This document shows positions 19,949 through 28,433 of a DNA stretch of 64,000 nt, one piece after another. The stretch is from Opitutaceae bacterium (GTDB lineage Bacteria; Verrucomicrobiota; Verrucomicrobiia; Opitutales; Opitutaceae): the NCBI GenBank assembly GCA_028822375.1, contig JAPKDW010000001.1, positions 1,843 to 65,842 on the forward strand. Direction: 5' to 3'. The notes beneath the pieces were generated by a model. The model made no database searches. It had not been told where the DNA came from and saw only the letters and a list, made by a program, of their open reading frames with translations. Both the position numbers and the translations under genes were made by a program. Each line of letters begins with the position of its first letter. Position 1 is the stretch's first letter.

Positions 19949-20026
19949 GTAGGGTCGGCACTCGCGCCGTGCCGCGAATGAAGATCAAACCCGAACAAGG
20001 CGTCATAGCGCAAGCCCCAGCCCTAC
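19949..20026. repeat. palindromic intergenic element, family B copy 1
   Basis: gtagggtcggcactcgcgccgtgccgcg ... ggcgtcatagcgcaagccccagccctac. It follows family A copy 3 after 26 nt. Confidence 0.7.
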
Positions 20027-20133
20027 AATCAACGAAACCCAAACCCATCTGACTATCCCGAAGGCAAACAACGAATATCCTGGAACTTCAGCAACTCTCC
20101 AGATTGGCTACTTGCTTCCAATCCGAATCAACG

Positions 20134-20757
20134 ATGATCACAGCAGAAGAAGCTCTCGACCGACTCCAAGCAGGAAATAAACGATTTGCCTCCGGAAACC
20201 ACGAAATCGCATTACTAGACATTGAAAAGCGCAGAGCCGCGCTTACTGAAGGCCAAGAACCCTTCGCCATCATTCTTGGCTGCTCCGATTCGCGCGTTCC
20301 CGCCGAAATCGTATTCGACCAAGGGCTAGGCGATCTATTCGTCATTCGGGTCGCAGGCAACATCGTCGCCCCTTCCCAAATTGGAAGCATCGAATTCGCC
20401 GTTGAACAATTCGGAACGCCGCTCGTAATCGTTCTAGGGCATTCCGATTGCGGCGCTATCTCAGTCACGCTCGATAGCCTAGAGAACCCAAGCGAACATC
20501 AACAGTCCAATCTGTATTCGATAGTCAACCGCGTTCGCCCTTCCCTGGAACCGCTCCTCGCAACCAATCTTCGGAACGATCGAAAAGCGCTGCTAAAGCA
20601 AGCCGTTCGGGCCAATATTCGAGCCTCCGCGAACCATATCCGACATAGCTCTCCAGTCCTCGAACAGCACCATCAAAACGGCAAATTGCTAGTCGTCGGA
20701 GCCAAGTATTCACTGGAAACCGGAGTCGTCGATTTCTTCGACGGAATGCCCACTTAA
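20134..20757 (+). CDS. beta-class carbonic anhydrase
   Basis: CSDSRVPAE and GHSDCGA zinc-ligand motifs. ATG at 20134 preferred over the TTG at 20104. Confidence 0.92.
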   Translation: MITAEEALDRLQAGNKRFASGNHEIALLDIEKRRAALTEGQEPFAIILGCSDSRVPAEIVFDQGLGDLFVIRVAGNIVAPSQIGSIEFAVEQFGTPLVIVLGHSDCGAISVTLDSLENPSEHQQSNLYSIVNRVRPSLEPLLATNLRNDRKALLKQAVRANIRASANHIRHSSPVLEQHHQNGKLLVVGAKYSLETGVVDFFDGMPT

Positions 20758-20816
20758 TTCGAGACGAGTTACTCTCTTCTGGCATATACCTCGAAGCTTG
20801 CTTCGTTGCTAATTTT

Positions 20817-20904
20817 GGTAGGGACCGATCTCCGAGCGGCCACTGAACGATGTAATCATTCAGAACCTTCAGCAATAATGGCCGCTCGGAGATCGGCCGC
20901 TACC
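20817..20904. repeat. palindromic intergenic element, family C (complete)
   Basis: The arms ggtagggaccgatctccgagcggcc / ggccgctcggagatcggccgctacc flank an inner hairpin ctgaacgat-gta-atcattcag. Confidence 0.85.
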
Positions 20905-20938
20905 TTTTGAACACCTCGGGGCTTGCCTCGGAAATCCT

Positions 20939-22405
20939 TTACTCGTAAGTCTTCTGTACTCCCCTATCTTTGGGATCGGGAGCGGTAAACGAGAGTCCTT
21001 CGGGACGAGCGGTCGCATCGGCGATACGTCCATCCAGCAGCTTCACTAGTTTAGCCAGATCTTTCCGGTATTCCGGATTCTTGGCCAAGTTCACCAATTC
21101 CTCGGGATCGTTTCGCTGATCGTATAGCTCGAGATTATCGGGAGATCCTTCTTTCCACTTCGTAATCCGAAAATCTCTCGTCCGTAATGTGTATCCGTTT
21201 ATCAATTGCGTAAACGAATTTGATCGTGGCGCTTTTGAAACATTTTGCAGAACGGGTCTAAGGCTCACGCCTTTCACGTATTCGGGCGGTTTCGGCAAAC
21301 CGGCTAAATCGCTTAACGTCCGATAGAAATCAATCATTTCAGCAAATGACTGAGATCGCTTTCCAACTTCCTTCATTCCCGGTGCCGACAAGATCAATGG
21401 TACGCGATCCGCGTTTTCGAAAAGCGTATTTTTCTGAAAGTGCCCATGTTCTCCCATGTGGTAACCATGGTCCGAACTAAACAGCACGATCGTGTCATCG
21501 CGCAATCCAAGCTCATCAAGAGAATCAAGCAGACGCCCAATTTGAGCATCGACGAACGATATCGTCGCATAATACGCGTGCATAGCCTTCCGAGCAGTCT
21601 CCTCTGGAAGATCGATTTGAGGCTTGAAAGCGGTGACGGTCTTCTTAGCGGGACCTGGCAGCGTATCCAAATAACCCTCCGGAATAGTTGGAACCGTTAT
21701 TTGGCTCGGATCATAGAGATCGAAATATTTTTTCGGAGCCACGTATGGCGTGTGCGGTTTGTAGAAACCGACCGCCAAGAAAAACGGCGTATCGTTATCG
21801 GCGTATTGCTTCAGAAGCCCAATCGACTCCGTCGCCACTTTGCCATCGGTTTGCTCCTCGTCCGTCCCCTCAGCGGCAAGCCAACTTAAAGTTGCTCCAA
21901 AAGAACCCGGCCTCAGCGAGAATATTTTGTCCTCTTCGTCCTTATCCCGGCCTCGAGGATTGATCTTCGTATTCCACGATGCCGGATCGTCATGCCCATC
22001 CGTGCCAACGCCTTTCGGATTATCGTAGTGGTAGATTTTTCCAACCCGGGCGGCCATGTATCCGCTGCGCATAAAATGCTGCGAAAGCGTTACCGCGTCG
22101 GGAACGTAATTTCGGAATAGCCGACGCAATACCGTCACTCCATTTTGCTCTGGATACAATCCCGTCATAAAACTCGCCCGAGACGGTCCGCAAACCGGAT
22201 AGTTGCAATACGCATTCTCGAACAACACGCCTTGGCTGGCTAGGCGATCGATATTGGGCGATTTGACGAGCGGATGCCCATAGCTCCCCAGATCGCAATT
22301 CAAATCATCCGTCATAATGAACAGGACGTTCGGCTTCTCGCTGGCGAAAGCGAAAGCTCCGAGGGCAATTTTTAGGAAAAGTCCAATTTTTAGTAATTTC
22401 ATCAT
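20939..22405 (-). CDS. sulfatase (Cys-type; iduronate-2-sulfatase-like), secreted
   Basis: Signal peptide from MMKLLKIG, then KPNVLFIMTDDL and CGPSRASFMTG. Start set at the ATG at 22405. Confidence 0.9.
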   Translation of the reverse strand: MMKLLKIGLFLKIALGAFAFASEKPNVLFIMTDDLNCDLGSYGHPLVKSPNIDRLASQGVLFENAYCNYPVCGPSRASFMTGLYPEQNGVTVLRRLFRNYVPDAVTLSQHFMRSGYMAARVGKIYHYDNPKGVGTDGHDDPASWNTKINPRGRDKDEEDKIFSLRPGSFGATLSWLAAEGTDEEQTDGKVATESIGLLKQYADNDTPFFLAVGFYKPHTPYVAPKKYFDLYDPSQITVPTIPEGYLDTLPGPAKKTVTAFKPQIDLPEETARKAMHAYYATISFVDAQIGRLLDSLDELGLRDDTIVLFSSDHGYHMGEHGHFQKNTLFENADRVPLILSAPGMKEVGKRSQSFAEMIDFYRTLSDLAGLPKPPEYVKGVSLRPVLQNVSKAPRSNSFTQLINGYTLRTRDFRITKWKEGSPDNLELYDQRNDPEELVNLAKNPEYRKDLAKLVKLLDGRIADATARPEGLSFTAPDPKDRGVQKTYE

Positions 22406-22592
22406 CTTTACAGGGTTTAAGCTCCGAAGGTACAATTTGGACAGCGAATCAATTTGCACGCAAGCGAGCAGGCACCCATTCGAATCAACCCCAAAGCCTT
22501 TCACCTCGATTTTTACGGGATCAAATACTTATCGCTTGCAAGCCTAACCAAACAGTTCGATAGGTTTCGGAAAAATCGGGTGATACGCCAAG

Positions 22593-23987
22593 ATGTCCGT
22601 CCAATCGAATACACCATCCAAACTTCGGAGTAATATGCGACTCTCCGTCATCGAGGGAATCGTCGCCATGCCGCTAGTCTTCATGACCATGCCGGGCAAT
22701 TTCCTGCTTGCGAGCCTCGCCACCGACTTGCTTCAAGTTTCCGAGGGTAGCTACGGGATCATCGCCTCACTCCCTGCTTGGTGTAATATTATCCAACTTT
22801 TCGCGATGCCAGTCATGACGCGGAAGTCTTCGCAAAAGACGATCTGTCTAGCGTTTTCATGGGTGCATCTTCTTTGCTGGGCTCTGCTCGCGACCATCCT
22901 ACCCTACATCCCTCACGACGGCAGCTGGCCTGCGGTTGTATTCATGATCTCACTCTTCGGAGCATCTAGCTTCGCATTTGCAATCATCAATATTAGTTGG
23001 ACTTCTTGGGTTCAGGAATGGCTCCCTAAATGGTCGCGAGGCAAATACCTCGGAAGGCGAAACCGCATTCTTCAATGTAGTTCCGTACTCTTCCTCATCG
23101 CGGCGAGCCAAACCATCAAAGCTTTTACCGGAGGGAACCTAACCCTTGGGTTCCAGTGGATCATTGCCTCCGGAATCGTCCTAAGAGCCATCTCAATCGT
23201 CCTGCAGCAACGAATCTACTCGAACGAAGACGGCTCCCAAGATCGAAGCGGAAGCATGCTTTCGAAATTTAAGATCATCCGAAGCCACCGCTCCTTTTTC
23301 CGCTTCATTCTCTTTGGAGCCGCCTTCGGCTTCACCGCCAATTTCATGGGACCGTTCTTTCCGGTATTCATGATGAAAGCCCTCGGCATGGCAACCAACG
23401 AAGTGGGCTACGCCGTAATGACCGCTACGATAACCGGAGCCCTCGCAATGCCTATCTGGGGCAAGCTCATCGATAAACATGGATGCCGACCAAGCCTCAT
23501 CATCGCCCTCTCTTGCTGGATGATCAACGGTTACCTTTTCTTCGGAACATCGCCCGAATCTCACTGGCTCGTGTATTTGATTTTCGCTACAGGCGGGATC
23601 TTCGGAGCCGGCTTTCTTTTCGGGTCCTTCGTGATGCTACTCAAGCTCGTCCCTAAAGAAGCCAAAACCGCATCCATCAGTCTAAACCTCGCGACCACCT
23701 CTTTCGCCGGCGCGTTGTCTCCAATCGCGGGTGGATTTATCATCGAATGGGCAGAACGGCATAACGACAGCTTCCTAAACGTCTTCCATGCGCTTTCCGG
23801 AATTCACCACAGCCTTGTACTGCTCACCGTTTTGATTCTCTTCACGATCGACGAACCCAAGTCATCTTCCATTCGTCAGGCAGTCGGTTCTATGCGGGCT
23901 CTTAGACAAGCTGGCGCAGCGCTCGGTTTGTCCTATTTGATGAACTACAGTTTCATCAAACGGCGAAACGATGACGAGCATCCCTAA
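22593..23987 (+). CDS. MFS transporter
   Basis: About 12 hydrophobic segments in a 6+6 layout with a central loop. No substrate can be inferred. Confidence 0.8.
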   Translation: MSVQSNTPSKLRSNMRLSVIEGIVAMPLVFMTMPGNFLLASLATDLLQVSEGSYGIIASLPAWCNIIQLFAMPVMTRKSSQKTICLAFSWVHLLCWALLATILPYIPHDGSWPAVVFMISLFGASSFAFAIINISWTSWVQEWLPKWSRGKYLGRRNRILQCSSVLFLIAASQTIKAFTGGNLTLGFQWIIASGIVLRAISIVLQQRIYSNEDGSQDRSGSMLSKFKIIRSHRSFFRFILFGAAFGFTANFMGPFFPVFMMKALGMATNEVGYAVMTATITGALAMPIWGKLIDKHGCRPSLIIALSCWMINGYLFFGTSPESHWLVYLIFATGGIFGAGFLFGSFVMLLKLVPKEAKTASISLNLATTSFAGALSPIAGGFIIEWAERHNDSFLNVFHALSGIHHSLVLLTVLILFTIDEPKSSSIRQAVGSMRALRQAGAALGLSYLMNYSFIKRRNDDEHP

Positions 23988-24250
23988 CGCATACTCTCCC
24001 AGCTAGCGCAATGGTAGGGCAACGACGTCCCGGCGTGCCGCTCAAATAATATCTGCGCCCTTTGTTTGCCACCCCGGGGCAAGCCCTCGACTCCGTCGCC
24101 CGCGGATAAACCGCGGCGGGGCATCACGGCAACCAAACGCTTCGCGCTTCGGGGCTTGATGTTTCGAGCGTAGCGACACATTCATCGCAAGATATAGCTC
24201 GCCGCAAGCGGCGGGGAATGAACCCAGTTGCGATTCAATTCGATTTCGAT

Positions 24251-24329
24251 GTAGGGCTGGCGCTTGCGCCATGCCGCGTAAGAGGGATAATGATCTTCCA
24301 TCGCGGCGTGGCGCAAGCGCCAGCCCTAC
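24251..24329. repeat. palindromic intergenic element, family B copy 2 (near-perfect 28-bp stem)
   Basis: gtagggctggcgcttgcgccatgccgcg (24251-24278) pairs with cgcggcgtggcgcaagcgccagccctac (24302-24329). There is one T/C difference and a 23-nt loop. Confidence 0.9.
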
Positions 24330-24382
24330 AGGTCATGACTTTCTAAACAGTCTCTTAGACATACCAAGGCTAACGCGCTGAG

Positions 24383-25141
24383 CTACCTTCCTCTCTTATA
24401 CTTCGGAACATCGACGCCCATCAACTCCGACAGCTTCGGGCGAATGGCCTCAGCCCAGATCTCATAACCCGCTTCGTTCGGATGCAAACCATCCGGCATG
24501 ATCGTCTGCGGTAAGCGACCTTTCTTGTCGCGGTACGTGCTGCCTATATCCAGAAAATTGATCCATTTTCCATCATCCAGTTTCTCGATCAGACGATTTG
24601 CCATCACCACATTCGCTCCAGCCCAAGGATCCGAACTCACACGCGGAAAGATCGCCAAAAGCAAAATCTTCGTTTTAGGCAACCTCGTTCGCAGTCCTTC
24701 GCAAACCGCCTCCACGCCTTCCGCTATTTCCTGAAACGTATTCGCTCTCCAATTATTTGTCCCAATCATGACAACTGCTACCTTTGGAGAAATGCCGTCT
24801 AGCTCGCCATCGTTAAACCGCCACAAAACATGTTCGGTCCGATCTCCGCCAAACCCCATATTTACGGCATTAAACGGTTCGTAAACTTGCTGCCATATTT
24901 TAGTTCCCGTTCCCGTCGTATCCCAGCCATGCGTAATCGAATCGCCCACGAAAATGAGATCGACGTCCTTTTTACTCCTGGTCGCCTTAATCGCTTCGTG
25001 ACGCCCCATCCACGTTTCGCCACCCTTGTTATTCCAAACCTGGTCAGGACGCGGAATGGGAACTAATGCAGTATTCTCGGCCGCAGCGAACGGAACGACA
25101 ATCAAGGAAAGCAGGAGTGACAGGGTAACATAAAAGCGCAT
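24383..25141 (-). CDS. SGNH/GDSL esterase (PAF-acetylhydrolase-like), secreted
   Basis: LIFVGDSITHGW and DGLHPNEAGY motifs. Signal peptide. Confidence 0.85.
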   Translation of the reverse strand: MRFYVTLSLLLSLIVVPFAAAENTALVPIPRPDQVWNNKGGETWMGRHEAIKATRSKKDVDLIFVGDSITHGWDTTGTGTKIWQQVYEPFNAVNMGFGGDRTEHVLWRFNDGELDGISPKVAVVMIGTNNWRANTFQEIAEGVEAVCEGLRTRLPKTKILLLAIFPRVSSDPWAGANVVMANRLIEKLDDGKWINFLDIGSTYRDKKGRLPQTIMPDGLHPNEAGYEIWAEAIRPKLSELMGVDVPKYKRGR

Positions 25142-25238
25142 TGCAGAACCATGAACGCTTAAGCGAAAAAGGAAAGAGCGAAAGCCAACGAATCGAGACC
25201 GATTCGTGGGGCAGCAAGGTACTACTATTGCAATGAGC

Positions 25239-25314
25239 TAGGGTTGCTTATCCCAAGCAACCGCAGATTAATGACCTCAACTGCTGCGGCGGTTCGGGAC
25301 GAACCAGCCCTACC
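25239..25314. repeat. palindromic intergenic element, family A copy 4
   Basis: tagggttgcttatcccaagcaaccgc ... gcggcggttcgggacgaaccagccctacc. Confidence 0.75.
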
Positions 25315-25320
25315 TTTTAT

Positions 25321-26835
25321 CTAATCCCCCAACTCTTTGATCTTAAAACGTTCGAGAAACGCTGGCTCGTGTTCGCGCTTCATGATGCCTTCGATTCTTT
25401 CTACAACCTCAGGATACTGCTTAGCGACGTCGTTCTGTTCGCGCGGATCGGTTTTCAGGTTGTACAACTCCAAGGCCATATTGCCTTTGAATATATTCTT
25501 CCTGCGCGCTTTCCAGTCGCCCATACGGACGGCTTGCTGGCCTTCGTATGAAGGGAATTCCCAATACAAAAACTCATGAGGCGTTTGGTTCTTGCCCAGC
25601 AATGTAGGCAGAAAGCTCAATCCATCGATATCCTCCGGAGTTGTCGCCCCCGAAACCTCGCAAAGCGTAGGCAACACATCCCAGAATGCAGAGGTGTGCT
25701 GCGACGTACGCCCGCCCTTAATCCGACCATTCCAACTCGCGATCATTGGAACGCGAATACCGCCTTCGGTTGAAAATCCTTTCGCCCAGCCATACTCGCT
25801 CTTAAATGGTTCCGCGCTAGCGAAATACGCCGAATCGCTGCCTCCATTATAAGTAGGCCCGTTATCGCTCGAAAAGATAATAAGAGTGTTATCATAAAGA
25901 CCCAATGTTTTGAGCTCCTTAATAATATCGCCCACTTGCTCGTCCAGATACGAAACCATCGCTGCGTAAGCAGCCCGAGGCGTGCGATGGGGGAAATACC
26001 CCTCGTCGCCCAGATAAGGTTCTTCCGGGCCAAACTTCTTCTGGTAGCGCTTCACCCATTTCTCCGGCGCCTGTAATGGAACGTGCGAAAGCGGCGACGC
26101 GAAATAGAGAAAAAACGGCTCGTCCTTATTATTCCGAACAAATTCGAGCGCTTCGTTCAGCATCAACTCCGGAGCGTAATCGGTCAGCTCGAATTTCGCG
26201 TAACTAGCAGGATCATTCGGATCGGCTCCTTCGGGAATTTTCGTCCCCGGTACAACCAACTCGTTATCCAGCCAATGCTTCTCCTCGTTTCGCCACAAGT
26301 GCTTCGGGAAAAGCGTATGCGCCTGACGCTGACAATTATAACCGTAGAAAAAGTCGAAGCCCTTCTTCGTTGGGATGCTATTCGTAAGCGGCGCTCCTAA
26401 ACCCCATTTGCCCACGAGCGCCGTTTTATAGCCGACCGACTGCAACACGGATCCAACAGTAACGGTTCCATCAGGAAGCGGACGCTGCCCCTCCAAGTTC
26501 GAATCGTCGACCGCCGCCGCGAAATTCCACGTATCGCCGCGTTCCTTCCATTCGTCGTTACCGCGAATGTAGGCATGCCCTGGATGTTTTCCTGTCAGCA
26601 GCATACAGCGCGAAGGAGCGCAAACAGGCGAACCCGAGTAGTGCTGAGTAAAACGAATACCACCCGCTGCCAGAGCATCGATATTCGGCGTCTCGATTTT
26701 CTCCTGACCATAACACCCGAGCTCTCCATAACCCAGGTCGTCCGCCAAAATGTACACGATGTTCGGCTTATCCGCCGAAAACACGTGAATCGAAAAAGCC
26801 AATACGGCTAGAATTGAAAAGAGCGTTTTATTCAT
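25321..26835 (-). CDS. arylsulfatase-family sulfatase (Cys-type), secreted
   Basis: KPNIVYILADDLGYG and CAPSRCMLLTGKHPGH. Signal peptide. Confidence 0.92.
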   Translation of the reverse strand: MNKTLFSILAVLAFSIHVFSADKPNIVYILADDLGYGELGCYGQEKIETPNIDALAAGGIRFTQHYSGSPVCAPSRCMLLTGKHPGHAYIRGNDEWKERGDTWNFAAAVDDSNLEGQRPLPDGTVTVGSVLQSVGYKTALVGKWGLGAPLTNSIPTKKGFDFFYGYNCQRQAHTLFPKHLWRNEEKHWLDNELVVPGTKIPEGADPNDPASYAKFELTDYAPELMLNEALEFVRNNKDEPFFLYFASPLSHVPLQAPEKWVKRYQKKFGPEEPYLGDEGYFPHRTPRAAYAAMVSYLDEQVGDIIKELKTLGLYDNTLIIFSSDNGPTYNGGSDSAYFASAEPFKSEYGWAKGFSTEGGIRVPMIASWNGRIKGGRTSQHTSAFWDVLPTLCEVSGATTPEDIDGLSFLPTLLGKNQTPHEFLYWEFPSYEGQQAVRMGDWKARRKNIFKGNMALELYNLKTDPREQNDVAKQYPEVVERIEGIMKREHEPAFLERFKIKELGD

Positions 26836-26974
26836 TTCTATATTCCTTATACCTATCTAATCCGTAGCTCAGTACTTTAGCCTGAGCATTGTTCTGGCGG
26901 CTCACGCTAAAGCGAGTGAGCTACATTCTTCCTGGGCGACCTTCAGCCTTATTCCTTAAACCTTCAGCCTTAAA

Positions 26975-28384
26975 CTATCCGACAATCCCCAACGGCTTTG
27001 TGTTCTTCCACTCGCCACGAGTGAAATCCGGGAATACTTGAGGAGCTCCTTCTTGAGCAACCGATGCTTCGCTCAATGGACCGACCGCGCTCCAGAAAGC
27101 GCCCTCATAGACGTTCTGATCAAGCGCTTGTCCTAAGCGCAGACATTCGATCATCCGATAACGCATTATAAAATCCATCCCGCCATGTCCGCCCATCTTC
27201 TCAGCGAGCTCTCCGAGACGCTTGTAAAGAGGGTGTTCATACTTCTCGAAGATCTCTTTTAGCTTATCGCCTTCGGCCCACTGGTGATGGCTATCAGTTG
27301 CCCCTTCGACGCCACTTTCAAAAGCCACTCGGGTTGGAAATCCAGCCAATGTACCCTTAGTGCCTTGGATAAGATTGTGACGCGAATACGGGCGTGGACT
27401 CGTTTCGTCCCACTGCACCATGATCGTCCGACCCAAATTGGTTTTGATCAACGATGTATTCAAATCGCCACCCTTGAAGTCCAGCTGATTCCATTTGTGG
27501 TCCGCAGGGAAGTTAGCTTCCGCGTATAGATTGCGTCCCCTACCCGGTGTCGAAAACGAAACTAAACGACCGAAGTTATCGTCTCCACGAGCGAGATTCA
27601 TGTACTGAGCAACTGGACCAAGTCCATGAGTCGGATACAAATTCCCATCGCGATTAGAATAATGATGCGTTCTCCATGAACCAGTACTCCGCTCGCTATT
27701 CATCTGACCACGCAATTCGTGAATATAAGCTGCCTCCGCATGCAGCGGTTCGCCGATCAATCCCTGACGGCACATGTTAAGATAGATCAACTCTTCGCGG
27801 CCGTAATTGACGTTCTCCATCATCATACAGTGTTTACCGGTCGTTTCCGAAGTATCCACGATCTCCCACATTTCTTCATTGGTCAATCCAAGCGGAACTT
27901 CCACGAATGCATGGGCTCCAGCCTTCATGGCTTCGATCGCCATTGGCGCGTGCAGTACCCACGGCGTCGCAATCAATACCATATCAGGCTTAACTTCCTG
28001 AAGCATCTTCTTCCAACTGTCGCCATTTTCATGGTACAGCTTAATATCCTGGTGACGCGTTCCATTGCCGAGGGCGACGCATTTGTCTTTCGCCTTCTCA
28101 GCCAAATCTTGGTATAAATCGCAAATCGCGACCACTTCGGTGCCTTCGATTTCGGCTATCTGACTATTATGACCACTGCCCCGCGCGCCAACGCCGATGA
28201 AAGCGCAGCGAACCGTTCCCAATTTCGGCGCGACAAAATCACCCATGTACTTAGCTCCCGAACGCCGCGAAGAAGCTCCACCCTTTTTAGCCACCGCGCA
28301 ACCAGCGACTATGCCCACGCCTACAGCGCCGACAGCTTTAACGAAATTACGGCGTGATTTTTCGCTCTTTTCCATAATGTCCAA
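26975..28384 (-). CDS. Gfo/Idh/MocA-fold NAD-dependent enzyme, GH109-like (alpha-N-acetylgalactosaminidase family), Tat signal
   Basis: SRRNFVKAVGAVG leader and Rossmann motif IGVGARGSGH. The C-terminal GGHGGMDFIM ... VYEGAFWSAVGPLSE ... PDFTRGEWK resembles GH109 proteins as I recall them. Confidence 0.75.
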   Translation of the reverse strand: MDIMEKSEKSRRNFVKAVGAVGVGIVAGCAVAKKGGASSRRSGAKYMGDFVAPKLGTVRCAFIGVGARGSGHNSQIAEIEGTEVVAICDLYQDLAEKAKDKCVALGNGTRHQDIKLYHENGDSWKKMLQEVKPDMVLIATPWVLHAPMAIEAMKAGAHAFVEVPLGLTNEEMWEIVDTSETTGKHCMMMENVNYGREELIYLNMCRQGLIGEPLHAEAAYIHELRGQMNSERSTGSWRTHHYSNRDGNLYPTHGLGPVAQYMNLARGDDNFGRLVSFSTPGRGRNLYAEANFPADHKWNQLDFKGGDLNTSLIKTNLGRTIMVQWDETSPRPYSRHNLIQGTKGTLAGFPTRVAFESGVEGATDSHHQWAEGDKLKEIFEKYEHPLYKRLGELAEKMGGHGGMDFIMRYRMIECLRLGQALDQNVYEGAFWSAVGPLSEASVAQEGAPQVFPDFTRGEWKNTKPLGIVG

Positions 28385-28433
28385 ATTTTATTTTCAATTA
28401 ATAACTGCCCCTCAATAACGGCCAGTTTCAGTT

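Noticed and set aside
20525-20875. ORFs 20525-20875 (minus) and 31342-31614 (plus) that share the peptide QWPLGDR(S/P)LP, which could suggest a small conserved protein.
   Set aside because: The shared peptide is the translation of the identical 25-mer of repeat family C in the two loci. The rest of the ORFs is unrelated and overlaps real genes or intergenic DNA.
23984-24272. 65-aa and 76-aa minus-strand ORFs in the gap after the MFS gene.
   Set aside because: They are composed of GC-rich palindromic repeat sequence, are Arg/Gly/Ala-rich, and have no start context or motif.
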